A stretch of 64,000 nt of DNA from Chitinophagaceae bacterium (GCA_947381435.1 CANCVE010000013.1:529-64528), one strand, 5' to 3'. Counted from the stretch's first letter, positions 49,926 to 59,510 are shown. The notes: generated by a model not told the origin, from the letters alone. A program made the numbers and translations.

Positions 49926-52829
49926 ATGCAAAAGAAACTTTTTCTACTCGATGCCTTTGCCCTCATTTTTCGTGCTTACTATGCGCTAATTCGTAATCCA
50001 CGCATTACCAGTAAGGGGCGCAATACCAATGCACAGTTCGGTTTTACCAATGCATTGGTTGATTTAATGACTAAAGAAAAGCCGACTCACTTAGCGGTTT
50101 GCTTCGATATGGAAGGCCCCACGGAACGTCATATAGACTTTGCAGACTATAAAGCTAATAGACAAGATGCACCCGAAGATTTAATATTGGCAATCCCTGA
50201 TATAAAAAGAATTGTTGAAGCATTCAACATTCCAGTTATTGGCGTAAAAGGTTATGAAGCCGATGATGTAATTGGCACGCTTGCCTGGGAGGCGCACGAT
50301 GCAGGCTATGAAGTTTTTATGGTAACTCCCGATAAGGATTATGGTCAATTAGTGCGTGATGGTATAAATATTTACAAACCCGGTTATCAAGGTGGAGATG
50401 TGGAAATAATGGGGCCAAAAGAAGTATGTGAAAAATGGGGAATAGAACGCGTAGATCAGGTAATAGATATTTTGGGATTGATGGGCGATGCGGTAGATAA
50501 TATACCAGGCATAAAAGGTGTGGGCGAAAAAACTGCTGCCAAACTATTGAAAGAATACGACACACTTGAAGGAGTTCTGGAAAATGCCGACAAGATAAAA
50601 GGTGCTTTGGGTGAGAAAGTGAAAGCTGGTAAAGAAGATGCCATTATGAGTAAAAAGTTGGCAACCATCATTACCAATGTACCTGTAGAGTTTCATGAAG
50701 AAAATTTTAGACAGAAAGAATGGAACAAAGAAGCATTGCAAGAAGTATTTACAGAATTGGAATTTAGAACAATGTCTATCAGGTTATTAGGACAACCAAT
50801 TACGGCGCCTGCTACCACATCGAAAAGTTCCACATCAAATAAACCTCCAAGTAATCAAGGGAATTTATTTGATGCCCCCCCAACCTCAATCGCAGCTTCA
50901 ACACCTAAAGTAGAGTTAGGCGGTGGACTCTTTGGAAGTGTTTTTGATCAACCCATTCCAACTGATAATATTTCTACCACTACAGAAGAAGTTTCAGAAA
51001 ATGCAGGCATAGCCAATATCAATACTACTCCACATAATTATGAGTTGATTGATTCCGCAGAAAAAATAGATTTATTAATCAATAAACTACAAACTGCAAA
51101 CGAAATATGCTTTGATACAGAAACAACGCACATAGATGCTAATGAAGCAGAGCTGGTTGGGCTTAGTTTTTCGATTGAAAAAGGAGAAGGATTTTATATT
51201 CCATGCCCTGCTGAAAGAGAAGCAACTACAGCCATACTTACCCAACTAAAACCTTTATTTGATAATGAGAATATCCTTTGGATTGGGCAAAACATAAAGT
51301 ATGATTTATTGATGCTTAAATGGTATGGTTTTGAACTGAAAGGAAACATTTACGATACAATGCTTGCCCATTATGTGATAGAACCGGAAGGCAGGCGGAG
51401 TATGGATTTGTTGAGTAACCAATACCTTAATTATGAGCCTGTACACATAGATGAGTTGATTGGCAAAAAGGGAAAAGGACAAGGTACGATGCGCGATGTG
51501 GAGATAGAAAAAGTGAAAGAATATGCCGCAGAGGATGCTGATATTACCCTTCAATTAAAGAACATATTTGTACCCTTAGTGAAATCGAAAGAAGTTGGAA
51601 GGGTATTGGAGGAAGCCGAGAATCCATTGGTAAAAGTACTAACGGATATGGAGTTTGAAGGTGTACGAATAGATAATGACTTTTTGAATGATTACAGTGT
51701 AGAACTTGAGAAAGAAGCTAAGATATTTGAGAACAATGTGTATGAACAAGCGGGCGTTAGATTCAATCTGGCATCACCAAAACAATTGGGAGAGGTATTG
51801 TTTGACAAACTAAAATTGGATCCTAAAGCCAAGAAAACCAAGACTGGACAATATGCAACAGGAGAAGATGTGCTGCAAAAATTATCTCATCAGAACAAGA
51901 TAGTTGCAGACATACTCGGATTCAGACAATTGACCAAACTGAAAAGTACTTATGTGGATGCACTTCCATTAATGATAAACAGTAAAACGGGCAGAGTACA
52001 TACCAGCTATGCTCAAGCTGTGGCTGTGACGGGGAGACTTAGTAGTAATAATCCTAATCTTCAAAATATACCTATCCGTTCGGAAAGAGGGAGAGAAATA
52101 CGGAAGGCTTTTATACCAAGAGACAGTAACCATATCTTAGTGAGTGCCGATTATTCTCAGATAGAACTACGTATTGTGGCAGCCATAAGTGGTGACCCGA
52201 ATATGTGTGAGGCATTCCGTCAGGGGAAAGATATTCATACTGCAACAGCTGCTAAAGTGTATGGTATTGAGGAAAGCGAGGTTACCAAAGAGATGCGGTA
52301 CAAAGCAAAGAGTGTAAACTTTGGTATCATCTATGGGCAAGGGGCGTTTGGCTTGGCAGATAACTTAGGCATTTCTCGCACGGAAGCAAAAGAGATAATA
52401 GATAATTACAAAAAGGAGTTTGTGGGTATTACCACTTATATGACTGACACCGTAAAGTTTGCCCAGGAGAATGGATATGTAGAAACCCTTTTGGGGCGTA
52501 AACGTTGGCTACGTGATATTGGTTCTAGTAATTTTACTGTACGTGGCTATGCAGAAAGAAATGCAGTAAACAGTCCGATACAAGGTACTGCTGCCGACAT
52601 GATTAAGCTAGCCATGATAAAAATACATGCAGCCATAAAGGAACAAAAGCTACAATCGAAAATGATATTGCAAGTACATGACGAATTGGTATTTGATGCA
52701 GTAAAAGAAGAAATTGACATTTTGAAACCATTGATATTGGAAGGAATGAAATCTGCTTTGATACTCCCAAATGGAGTTCCCGTTGAAGCAGAAGTGGGTA
52801 TTGGAGATAACTGGCTGGTAGCGCATTAG
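49926..52829 (+). CDS. polA: DNA polymerase I
   Basis: 5'-nuclease N-terminus (LFLLDAFALIFRAYYA), 3'-5' exonuclease domain, DYSQIELR and QVHDELVF motifs, and a low-complexity linker at about 50790-51010. Confidence 0.95.
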   Translation: MQKKLFLLDAFALIFRAYYALIRNPRITSKGRNTNAQFGFTNALVDLMTKEKPTHLAVCFDMEGPTERHIDFADYKANRQDAPEDLILAIPDIKRIVEAFNIPVIGVKGYEADDVIGTLAWEAHDAGYEVFMVTPDKDYGQLVRDGINIYKPGYQGGDVEIMGPKEVCEKWGIERVDQVIDILGLMGDAVDNIPGIKGVGEKTAAKLLKEYDTLEGVLENADKIKGALGEKVKAGKEDAIMSKKLATIITNVPVEFHEENFRQKEWNKEALQEVFTELEFRTMSIRLLGQPITAPATTSKSSTSNKPPSNQGNLFDAPPTSIAASTPKVELGGGLFGSVFDQPIPTDNISTTTEEVSENAGIANINTTPHNYELIDSAEKIDLLINKLQTANEICFDTETTHIDANEAELVGLSFSIEKGEGFYIPCPAEREATTAILTQLKPLFDNENILWIGQNIKYDLLMLKWYGFELKGNIYDTMLAHYVIEPEGRRSMDLLSNQYLNYEPVHIDELIGKKGKGQGTMRDVEIEKVKEYAAEDADITLQLKNIFVPLVKSKEVGRVLEEAENPLVKVLTDMEFEGVRIDNDFLNDYSVELEKEAKIFENNVYEQAGVRFNLASPKQLGEVLFDKLKLDPKAKKTKTGQYATGEDVLQKLSHQNKIVADILGFRQLTKLKSTYVDALPLMINSKTGRVHTSYAQAVAVTGRLSSNNPNLQNIPIRSERGREIRKAFIPRDSNHILVSADYSQIELRIVAAISGDPNMCEAFRQGKDIHTATAAKVYGIEESEVTKEMRYKAKSVNFGIIYGQGAFGLADNLGISRTEAKEIIDNYKKEFVGITTYMTDTVKFAQENGYVETLLGRKRWLRDIGSSNFTVRGYAERNAVNSPIQGTAADMIKLAMIKIHAAIKEQKLQSKMILQVHDELVFDAVKEEIDILKPLILEGMKSALILPNGVPVEAEVGIGDNWLVAH

Positions 52830-52939
52830 GAGTTATTAAGTTGTAATTATTTGATGTAAACTACCCTGCACTTAGTTTGAAAAAGATATAGAAGTAGTTG
52901 TTGTACTCAAATAAAGTACATTTACTGAAAATAGTGACA

Positions 52940-53527
52940 ATGATAAAAGACTTCAATCAGCTCGACTTAAATAAGCAATATACTTATGCAGATTATCTTA
53001 CCTGGAAATTTGAAGAACGTGTGGAACTAATAAGGGGATGGGTAAACAAAATGAGTCCAGCACCATTGAGAATACACCAAGAATTGTCGGGAAATCTATT
53101 CTTTCAGATTTACAGCTATTTCTTAAATCACCCTTGCAAGGCCTATATGGCTCCCTTTGATGTTAGACTTGTTAATAAACGAAAACCCATCAACAACCAA
53201 TCAATACTTTCTGTAGTGCAACCAGATATTTCTGTTATTTGCGATTTGGGAAAGCTTGATAAACGAGGTTGTCTTGGTAGTCCTGATTGGATTATAGAAA
53301 TTCTTAGCTCGGGCAATTCGAAAAAGGAAATGAAGGAAAAGTTCTCTTTGTACGAAGAAAATGGCGTTAGAGAATATTGGATAGTATCGCCCATTCACGA
53401 GTTTGTACAAGTATATCAACTAGTAAATGATAAGTTTATACTGAATGATACCTATTATAAAGATGATAAAATACCCGTAGGAATATTCGCAGGCTTTGAA
53501 ATAGATTCGAGTAAGATGTTTTCCTAG
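52940..53527 (+). CDS. Uma2 (DUF820) family PD-(D/E)xK endonuclease
   Basis: YTYADYLTW..EERVELI.G...MSPAP..H, PDISVICD, SPDWIIEILSSGNSKKE. Confidence 0.75.
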   Translation: MIKDFNQLDLNKQYTYADYLTWKFEERVELIRGWVNKMSPAPLRIHQELSGNLFFQIYSYFLNHPCKAYMAPFDVRLVNKRKPINNQSILSVVQPDISVICDLGKLDKRGCLGSPDWIIEILSSGNSKKEMKEKFSLYEENGVREYWIVSPIHEFVQVYQLVNDKFILNDTYYKDDKIPVGIFAGFEIDSSKMFS

Positions 53528-53559
53528 AAAAATAGAGTTCGATAAATATTAAAAACAAC

Positions 53560-55503
53560 CTAAACCGACAGTTTTCTAAAGGTTTTAAAGTCCAGTTCTG
53601 CTTGTAAGTATTGTTTATGGATGATATTTATGTTGGTTTTCAACTGCGTTTGTTTATCAATAAGATTAGTTTTCAGGCTAATTATCTCCTGATAAAGTTT
53701 AAGAATATCAGTTTCCAATTGCTTCTTCTGCTCGGCCATCTCCAGAATAACCGCCCTGTTTTCTTTCAGCAATAAATTATTATCCGGATGATAAACAAAG
53801 CCATAACCAATATGTCGTTGCCAATCTTGCAATTGCTTGATAAACTTACTGCCAATGCCTTGCACTTTAATAGTTTTTAGCTTAGACACATCAGCCGCAG
53901 TAGTAATAGACGCCTCATCCAATGCTGCTTTTCGTGCAGTACCCAATGCTTGAAAGTCGTTGGTATTGATGGGATAATTAGACAAATAGGTATTCAATTG
54001 TGCCGTGTAAACTTTTTCTTCGGCATCTTTTTGTTTGTCAATCAATTCTTGTGGGAGTTTCTTGTAGCTATCAATTAGTCTTTCTATCCGCTCTATTGCA
54101 TCCTTATAAGATCTTAGTTCTACCGGCTGATGATACAATTGCAGGTCTATTTCCAATTGTCTTTTTAAGTCATCCTGATACCTTTTTCTTCTTTCCAGCT
54201 CTTCTTCAATCCTATTTTTCCACGGAAAAAATTTGTTTAATAAATAGCCCACAGCAGGCACTGCTGCATAGAATATATACACCAATCTAAAAGCTGAAAC
54301 AAAGGAAAACGTAGCTATAACACCAGCAATCAATGTAAGTAGATGATACTTTTTATATTGCGAATACTTACTTAGTATAGGCAAAGGCGTAAGCGCATAG
54401 GTGGTTGGATTAGTTAGTTTTATTTTAGGGAAAGAAAGCTTTTCTACCTTAAATCCGTTGATAAAATCATCCATATTATCCGTTACTTCTGCTACAGACG
54501 GATAGCTTGCATCCATGAAATAAAGGATATTCCTCTTCTCCTTAAACGCACACCAAGGGCAACTATTAAAAGTAGATGGATAGATATGAATGGGCGAAAC
54601 AGTACAATTGACCATTGTTTTCAAGAACGCATCCAAGCTTGTAATCCACTTTGCAGGAAGTGGTCTATTCTCTATTTGCTCAAAGGACTGATGGAATAAT
54701 GCAACCACATCTTCGGGTAAACTCTTGATAGGAAAACTATCTGCGGGAGGCAGTAACTTATTGTGCTTATTATTGAGCGAATAGACAAACCAATTATTCT
54801 TGATGGCCTTTTCTTCATCAATATCTTCTGCCGAGTTATTCTTTCCTGCATAAGGATGCCTGCCCAAGAATAACAGCTGAAAGATAAGGATAGCCATAGA
54901 AAAGCTATCGGTATTGATGGTGCGCACAACGGTTTCGAAGGAAGTATATGCCAATAATTCGGGCGGTGTATAACGTGGAACACCCACTTCGCAGAGATGA
55001 TATTGTGTGCCATCCTTCACCTGAAACGAATCGCAATCTATAAAGGCAACCATACCTTGTGTGTTCACCAAAATATTTCCCTCGTTGATGTCGCCCACTA
55101 CCAACCCTGAAGAATGTAACGCATAAAACGCAGTGGCAAGGTTACGTGCCACATGCACCAGAAAGTTATATCCCTTATCAGGAAACATCCGCTTTCTGTC
55201 CATCGGGCTAAACAGGTTATGCAGCGGCACATAGCCCGATAGCTTCCTCATTACAAAACCACTATACTTGACTTGATGATCCTTTACAATATCCTTTGGC
55301 CATGCCGAATAAGCATCTATCTGAGGGTTAGCCATTGCCACCATCAGTTGCAGCTTTGCAATCTTACTCGGAGTTAAGTCCTCAATAAAAACCTTTAATA
55401 CCTGCGATGGATTATTTGCCAACTCATACACATACCCCTCCCCTCCCTTGCCTATCTCGCGGGTGGTGTTGTAACTCGATATGTTGCCTGTGTATTGAGC
55501 CAT
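53560..55503 (-). CDS. Ser/Thr protein kinase of the TerY-P triad (E. coli YegI-like): kinase domain, central TM segment, coiled coil, HhH-like C-terminus
   Basis: 647 aa. IGKGGEGYVY, VLKVF, VVGDINEGNILV, FIDCDSF, a hydrophobic stretch LLTLIAGVIATFSFVSAF..., and KVQGIGSKFIKQLQDW. Confidence 0.8.
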   Translation of the reverse strand: MAQYTGNISSYNTTREIGKGGEGYVYELANNPSQVLKVFIEDLTPSKIAKLQLMVAMANPQIDAYSAWPKDIVKDHQVKYSGFVMRKLSGYVPLHNLFSPMDRKRMFPDKGYNFLVHVARNLATAFYALHSSGLVVGDINEGNILVNTQGMVAFIDCDSFQVKDGTQYHLCEVGVPRYTPPELLAYTSFETVVRTINTDSFSMAILIFQLLFLGRHPYAGKNNSAEDIDEEKAIKNNWFVYSLNNKHNKLLPPADSFPIKSLPEDVVALFHQSFEQIENRPLPAKWITSLDAFLKTMVNCTVSPIHIYPSTFNSCPWCAFKEKRNILYFMDASYPSVAEVTDNMDDFINGFKVEKLSFPKIKLTNPTTYALTPLPILSKYSQYKKYHLLTLIAGVIATFSFVSAFRLVYIFYAAVPAVGYLLNKFFPWKNRIEEELERRKRYQDDLKRQLEIDLQLYHQPVELRSYKDAIERIERLIDSYKKLPQELIDKQKDAEEKVYTAQLNTYLSNYPINTNDFQALGTARKAALDEASITTAADVSKLKTIKVQGIGSKFIKQLQDWQRHIGYGFVYHPDNNLLLKENRAVILEMAEQKKQLETDILKLYQEIISLKTNLIDKQTQLKTNINIIHKQYLQAELDFKTFRKLSV

Positions 55504-55515
55504 TCTTTTAGTTGT

Positions 55516-55580
55516 TAGTTGTTAGTTATTAGTTGTTAGCGGTTATATTCTAACCACTAACAACTAATAACTAACAACTA
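55516..55580. repeat. 30-bp-stem hairpin (tagttgttagttattagt... family) between the PP2C stop and the kinase start
   Basis: The left arm is 55516-55545, the loop is tattc, and the right arm is 55551-55580, with 1 mismatch. The right arm overlaps the PP2C stop codon. Confidence 0.85.
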
Positions 55581-56339
55581 TTTCCTCGTTCCTAAAAACA
55601 ATGTCTTATCATCATCTGTGCGATTATTAATTATGTCGCCTGATAGATATTCTTCTAGTTTGTTGTTTAATATTTCTATCTCTTCTTCCTTTTGGGCAAA
55701 TCTAAGCCACTTGAATAATCCATTAAAGAAGGGTTGATGTACGGTACTTGTTTCATTATTTAGAGCAAGCATCTGCAATCCATCGGTTAATAATGCCACC
55801 TCTTTTATAGGTTCATCCATCACCAAAATCCTCAAATTAGCTAAGGCATTATCATCAGTGATAAAGCAAGTGGTATTAGCATATTCTCCATTCTGTGGCC
55901 ACCAAACGGTTACATAACCATCATTGCCATCATCCCTTATGATAGCCCCATCACCTATTTGAAAGAATACAGAAGAGGTATTATATAATACGCATCCTAA
56001 TAGTGTACACGAATATTCGCTAAGTGGTTCATTGGCAATCTCCGAAAACCTAGTAAACTCCTCCACTAAAGTTTCTACCATTAATACAATAGATGCCTCT
56101 TTAATCTTAGTGTGATCCTTAATAAAATGTGTTAGTATCTCAATGCCAAAATAGGTTGCAATATTTGATGCTTCCTTAGCAAACTTTGCACTACCTGCAC
56201 CATCGCTGGCAATGGCTAGCAACACTTCTTTTCCCTTGTGGTCTAGTATTATCTTGTATTGCAATGCATCCTCGCACTGCTTATCGGCACTACTATGTGA
56301 GGTGCCGATAACACTTTTGCCAATAGTTTTCCAACTCAT
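55578..56339 (-). CDS. PP2C-family Ser/Thr phosphatase of the TerY-P triad (YegK/PphC-like)
   Basis: 253 aa. MSW...G.SVIGTSH...CED, ASDGAGSA, QIGDGAI, GEYANTTCFITD and NRTDDDKTL. Confidence 0.8.
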   Translation of the reverse strand: MSWKTIGKSVIGTSHSSADKQCEDALQYKIILDHKGKEVLLAIASDGAGSAKFAKEASNIATYFGIEILTHFIKDHTKIKEASIVLMVETLVEEFTRFSEIANEPLSEYSCTLLGCVLYNTSSVFFQIGDGAIIRDDGNDGYVTVWWPQNGEYANTTCFITDDNALANLRILVMDEPIKEVALLTDGLQMLALNNETSTVHQPFFNGLFKWLRFAQKEEEIEILNNKLEEYLSGDIINNRTDDDKTLFLGTRK

Positions 56340-57010
56340 AATTCGCTCCAGCCAGTTGGGGGTAATAAACTGATGCTGCTAGTGGGATCCTTTACTGATA
56401 CCATTTTCATGGATGCGGAGAGCCACAAAAAGAACTCTCTAAACATTAATCCTTTTAGCTTTAGTGGTTGGCGTGTGGAGATTTGTTTCAGTATCTGCAT
56501 GTTTGCTCCTTCTACCCCAATGGCAAAGAAGGCAAACGACTTATTGGCTTCCCCTTCCTTTACCAAGGATGCGGCGTGTAGGTAAGGGTCTGTTGGTTCG
56601 CCATCTGTTATCAATATTATCCAAGGTTTATAGTAGGCAATACCGTTTTCCTTATATAGTTTCTTTCGTTTGTTTACCAAATCAATCCCTAATTCTATTG
56701 CCTCGCCTAGTGGGGTATCGCCTGTTGTATTCAGTTCTTTAGGATGAAAGTTGTTTACTGTTTCAAAATCTACTTGCAACTGCACCGGACCAAAGGTTAC
56801 CAAGGCAACCTCCACCCGCTTTGTTGCTAATGAATCGCCCAACAATTCTTTCTTAAATGTCTGTATGCCAGCATTAAGCTCGTCCAATGGTTTGCCAGCC
56901 ATCGAGCCTGATGTATCTAACAGCAACACACAAGGGCATCTCGGCTCCGGATTATCCGCAAAGCTGTCACTACCAAAGGGTATCTGTTCAAAAGAAATGT
57001 ATTCATCCAT
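56336..57010 (-). CDS. vWA-domain protein (TerY/YegL-like)
   Basis: 224 aa with MIDAS motif LLLDTSGSMAG and ILITDGEPTD. Its stop overlaps the PP2C start (ATGA), which suggests translational coupling. Confidence 0.85.
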   Translation of the reverse strand: MDEYISFEQIPFGSDSFADNPEPRCPCVLLLDTSGSMAGKPLDELNAGIQTFKKELLGDSLATKRVEVALVTFGPVQLQVDFETVNNFHPKELNTTGDTPLGEAIELGIDLVNKRKKLYKENGIAYYKPWIILITDGEPTDPYLHAASLVKEGEANKSFAFFAIGVEGANMQILKQISTRQPLKLKGLMFREFFLWLSASMKMVSVKDPTSSISLLPPTGWSEL

Positions 57011-57015
57011 AGTTT

Positions 57016-57086
57016 AGTTGTTAGTTATTAGTGGTTAGTTGTTAGAGATTAGTTTTCTAACAACTAACCACTAATAACTAACAACT
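57016..57086. repeat. 31-bp-stem perfect hairpin of the same family, filling the kdgK-like stop to vWA start gap
   Basis: The left arm is 57016-57046, the loop is gattagttt, and the right arm is 57056-57086. Confidence 0.85.
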
Positions 57087-57092
57087 GGTGCT

Positions 57093-58109
57093 TTATTTCG
57101 CATTCTTCTTTACCGTAAACACGTCTTGATCGGTAGAGTCGCCCATTTCCTGTAGTTTACCAAAGGCGGCTGCTGTGGCATAATTCAATACATCTTGTGG
57201 AGAGTTATGGTTATATAATCCATAAATCAATCCTGCCATAAAACAGTCACCACTACCACTCCTATCCACCACACCTTCGCAGGTAAACTCGGCAGAATTG
57301 TAATGCTTTCCTTCTGTATATAGCCCTGTATAGTACAATATACTGTTTGCATTGCTGTCGAACCTGAAAGTATTTGCCACCGTCTTACACTTAGGAAACT
57401 TCTCCATTATCTCTTTAGCCGTAGCTTCAGAATGATTTAGGTAAGCTTCTTTGCTTTTTTTATCATGTATATTTTCATCAATGGCAGTACCCAATAATGT
57501 ATTAGCACTCCATATATTGCCCATAATCACATCGCAATGTTCGGCAAGCTTTGGCATTATCTCTATTGGTTGCTTGCCATATTTCCAAAGGCGAGACCGA
57601 TAGTTTAAATCCAACGAAACAGTAATTCGTTTTCTCGATGCTGCTTCTGCCGCTTCCAGACAAACATCTGCCACGTTTTGGTTTAGTGCAGGACTAATAG
57701 CTGTAAAATCGAACCAAGAAACATCTCTCAATACCTTATCCCAATCTATTACGCCCGTTTTCAGTTCTGAGAAAGCTGAGTGTTCCCTATCATACACCAT
57801 TTGTCCCTTTAGGTCTGCCCCACGCTCCAAAAAGTAGACCCCTATCCTAGTACCGGCATGTATAATGGAAGAAGTAAAGATTCCTTTGTATTCCAGATAA
57901 TCAATTACGTGTTTGCTCATGAAGTTATCTGGCAGCACGGTACAGTATTTTACAGGAACATTCCATCCCGCCAATGCAGTGGCCACATTGGCCTCCGCGC
58001 CGCCCATGTACAATAGCATTGGTTGCTTTTCAGAAAACTCATTGTCGGTTGCGGCAGGTGAAATTCTCAATAATAATTCTCCGAAACAAAGTACTTTTTT
58101 CTTGTGCAT
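57093..58109 (-). CDS. PfkB-family sugar kinase (2-dehydro-3-deoxygluconokinase-like)
   Basis: 338 aa. GGAEANVA near the N-terminus and GSGDCFMAGLIYG near the C-terminus. Confidence 0.7.
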   Translation of the reverse strand: MHKKKVLCFGELLLRISPAATDNEFSEKQPMLLYMGGAEANVATALAGWNVPVKYCTVLPDNFMSKHVIDYLEYKGIFTSSIIHAGTRIGVYFLERGADLKGQMVYDREHSAFSELKTGVIDWDKVLRDVSWFDFTAISPALNQNVADVCLEAAEAASRKRITVSLDLNYRSRLWKYGKQPIEIMPKLAEHCDVIMGNIWSANTLLGTAIDENIHDKKSKEAYLNHSEATAKEIMEKFPKCKTVANTFRFDSNANSILYYTGLYTEGKHYNSAEFTCEGVVDRSGSGDCFMAGLIYGLYNHNSPQDVLNYATAAAFGKLQEMGDSTDQDVFTVKKNAK

Positions 58110-58304
58110 AATCAGATAAGATTTTCGATAACGATTGAGATAAGCCCTAACCCATCCCCAACAGCCACTATTACCATAAAATAGACTGTCCCTGCGAAGT
58201 AAAGGAATTTTAAAGGAAAAAGAGGTGATTAATCACTACAATGTTTTCTAAGGTTATTGACTGATAATGGTTAGCACTTTGCTTTCATCGTTGCCATAAT
58301 CTTC

Positions 58305-58390
58305 GCATCATTGCGTGGCACGAAGCAGCCTTTTACATGAAATTAGCAGCTTGAAATTATAAAAAGATTGCTTCGTGCCTCGCAAGGACG
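58305..58390. repeat. REP-like hairpin (GCGTGGCACGAAGCA family), unit 1 of an about 190-bp tandem duplication
   Basis: gcatcattgcgtggcacgaagca ... tgcttcgtgcctcgcaaggacg. Confidence 0.8.
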
Positions 58391-58494
58391 TTTACTTGGT
58401 TTGGGATGGATTAAAGTTTAAAGTAGATTATGATTATTTTTTTCATTATGACTATTTTATTTCGAATTCCTTACTATCAACAGTCACACAGTTC

Positions 58495-58580
58495 ACGTCA
58501 CTGCGAGGCACGAAGCAGCCTTTTATGTGTTACAGGTTATTTGAATTTGTAAAAGGTTGCTTCGTGCGTCGCAAGGACGT
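58495..58580. repeat. REP-like hairpin, unit 2
   Basis: acgtcactgcgaggcacgaagcagcc ... ggttgcttcgtgcgtcgcaaggacgt. The downstream flank is also duplicated. Confidence 0.8.
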
Positions 58581-58645
58581 TTAATTATTTTGGGGTGGAT
58601 TAAACTTAGATGGAATAAAAAGTTTGCACACCCATTATGTCTTCG

Positions 58646-58882
58646 CTAATTTATACGTTTCTTTACTAAAAAGATTGATAGCTTCGAAATACCAAAGACC
58701 ATTAAAAACCAAATTGAGATACTTATATAATCAAGTAAATCATGATTTGAAATACTTTTAGTCTGTGGATCATTCCATCTGTCAAATAGGAAAATAACTA
58801 CAACAATTGATAATAGCACCCATATTATCAACGTTATCAATCCTATATATTTTGCTATTTGTAGAAATGATTTTGCATTCAT
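58646..58882 (-). CDS. Hypothetical small two-TM membrane protein
   Basis: 78 aa and hydrophobic, with no motifs. Confidence 0.4.
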   Translation of the reverse strand: MNAKSFLQIAKYIGLITLIIWVLLSIVVVIFLFDRWNDPQTKSISNHDLLDYISISIWFLMVFGISKLSIFLVKKRIN

Positions 58883-59035
58883 TATAATAATTAATTAACC
58901 ATCTTTTAGTTTAGATGCTTTCAATTGTTCTGCAATATATCGGTCACAGTCTTATCTAAACACCTCACTCATTACTATAGTTGTTGGTCAAAAAGACATA
59001 ACAACGGCGAGTATTAAAACTTCTTCGTCTGAATC

Positions 59036-59128
59036 AAGATTAGATTGATTTTAGGATATTGATGATTATGGGATATTGATCCTACAAATCCTACAAATCC
59101 TGTAAATCTTGATTCAGACAATTTCCCC
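59036..59128. repeat. REP-like inverted repeat (gtctgaatcaagatt / aatcttgattcagac) with internal atcctacaa repeats
   Basis: 15-bp perfect arms at 59036-59050 and 59114-59128. Confidence 0.75.
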
Positions 59129-59230
59129 CACTGCAATAATACTAAAAAACCCCTTCACAAATCCCGACCTCTTTCAAAACAATTTCGCCCATCTGTTCAT
59201 GGCAATAGACTGATTTAAACCTAAATAACA

Positions 59231-59440
59231 CAATTAGTAGCGTTATCGTGCTACCTGAAAGTTTTTCAACGCACACGATAGTACTATCGTGCCACTTGAA
59301 AGTTATTTAAGACACACGATAGCGCTATCGTGCCACCTGAAAGTTATTCAAGACACACGATTACGCTATCGTGCCTCTTGAAAGTTATTTAAGGCACACG
59401 ATAATACTATCGTGCTACTTGAAAGTTATTCAAAGCACCT
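59231..59440. repeat. Tandem array, 5 units x 41 bp, each with the 18-bp palindrome CACGATAGYRCTATCGTG
   Basis: Unit starts are at 59231 (degenerate), 59272, 59313, 59354 and 59395. Confidence 0.9.
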
Positions 59441-59510
59441 TTAACTAAGAAAAGGTATCTTATTTCCCCTCAAATGATGCCCTTATTTTATTTAGCCATA
59501 TTATTTTTAG

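Noticed and set aside
58375-58584. 69-aa ORF.
   Set aside because: It runs across two REP hairpins of a tandem duplication and is a typical spurious REP-derived ORF.
17655-59440. CRISPR interpretation of the five tandem arrays.
   Set aside because: The units abut one another with no unique spacers. The periods (21, 41 and 43 bp) equal the repeat itself, and no cas genes are present in the window.
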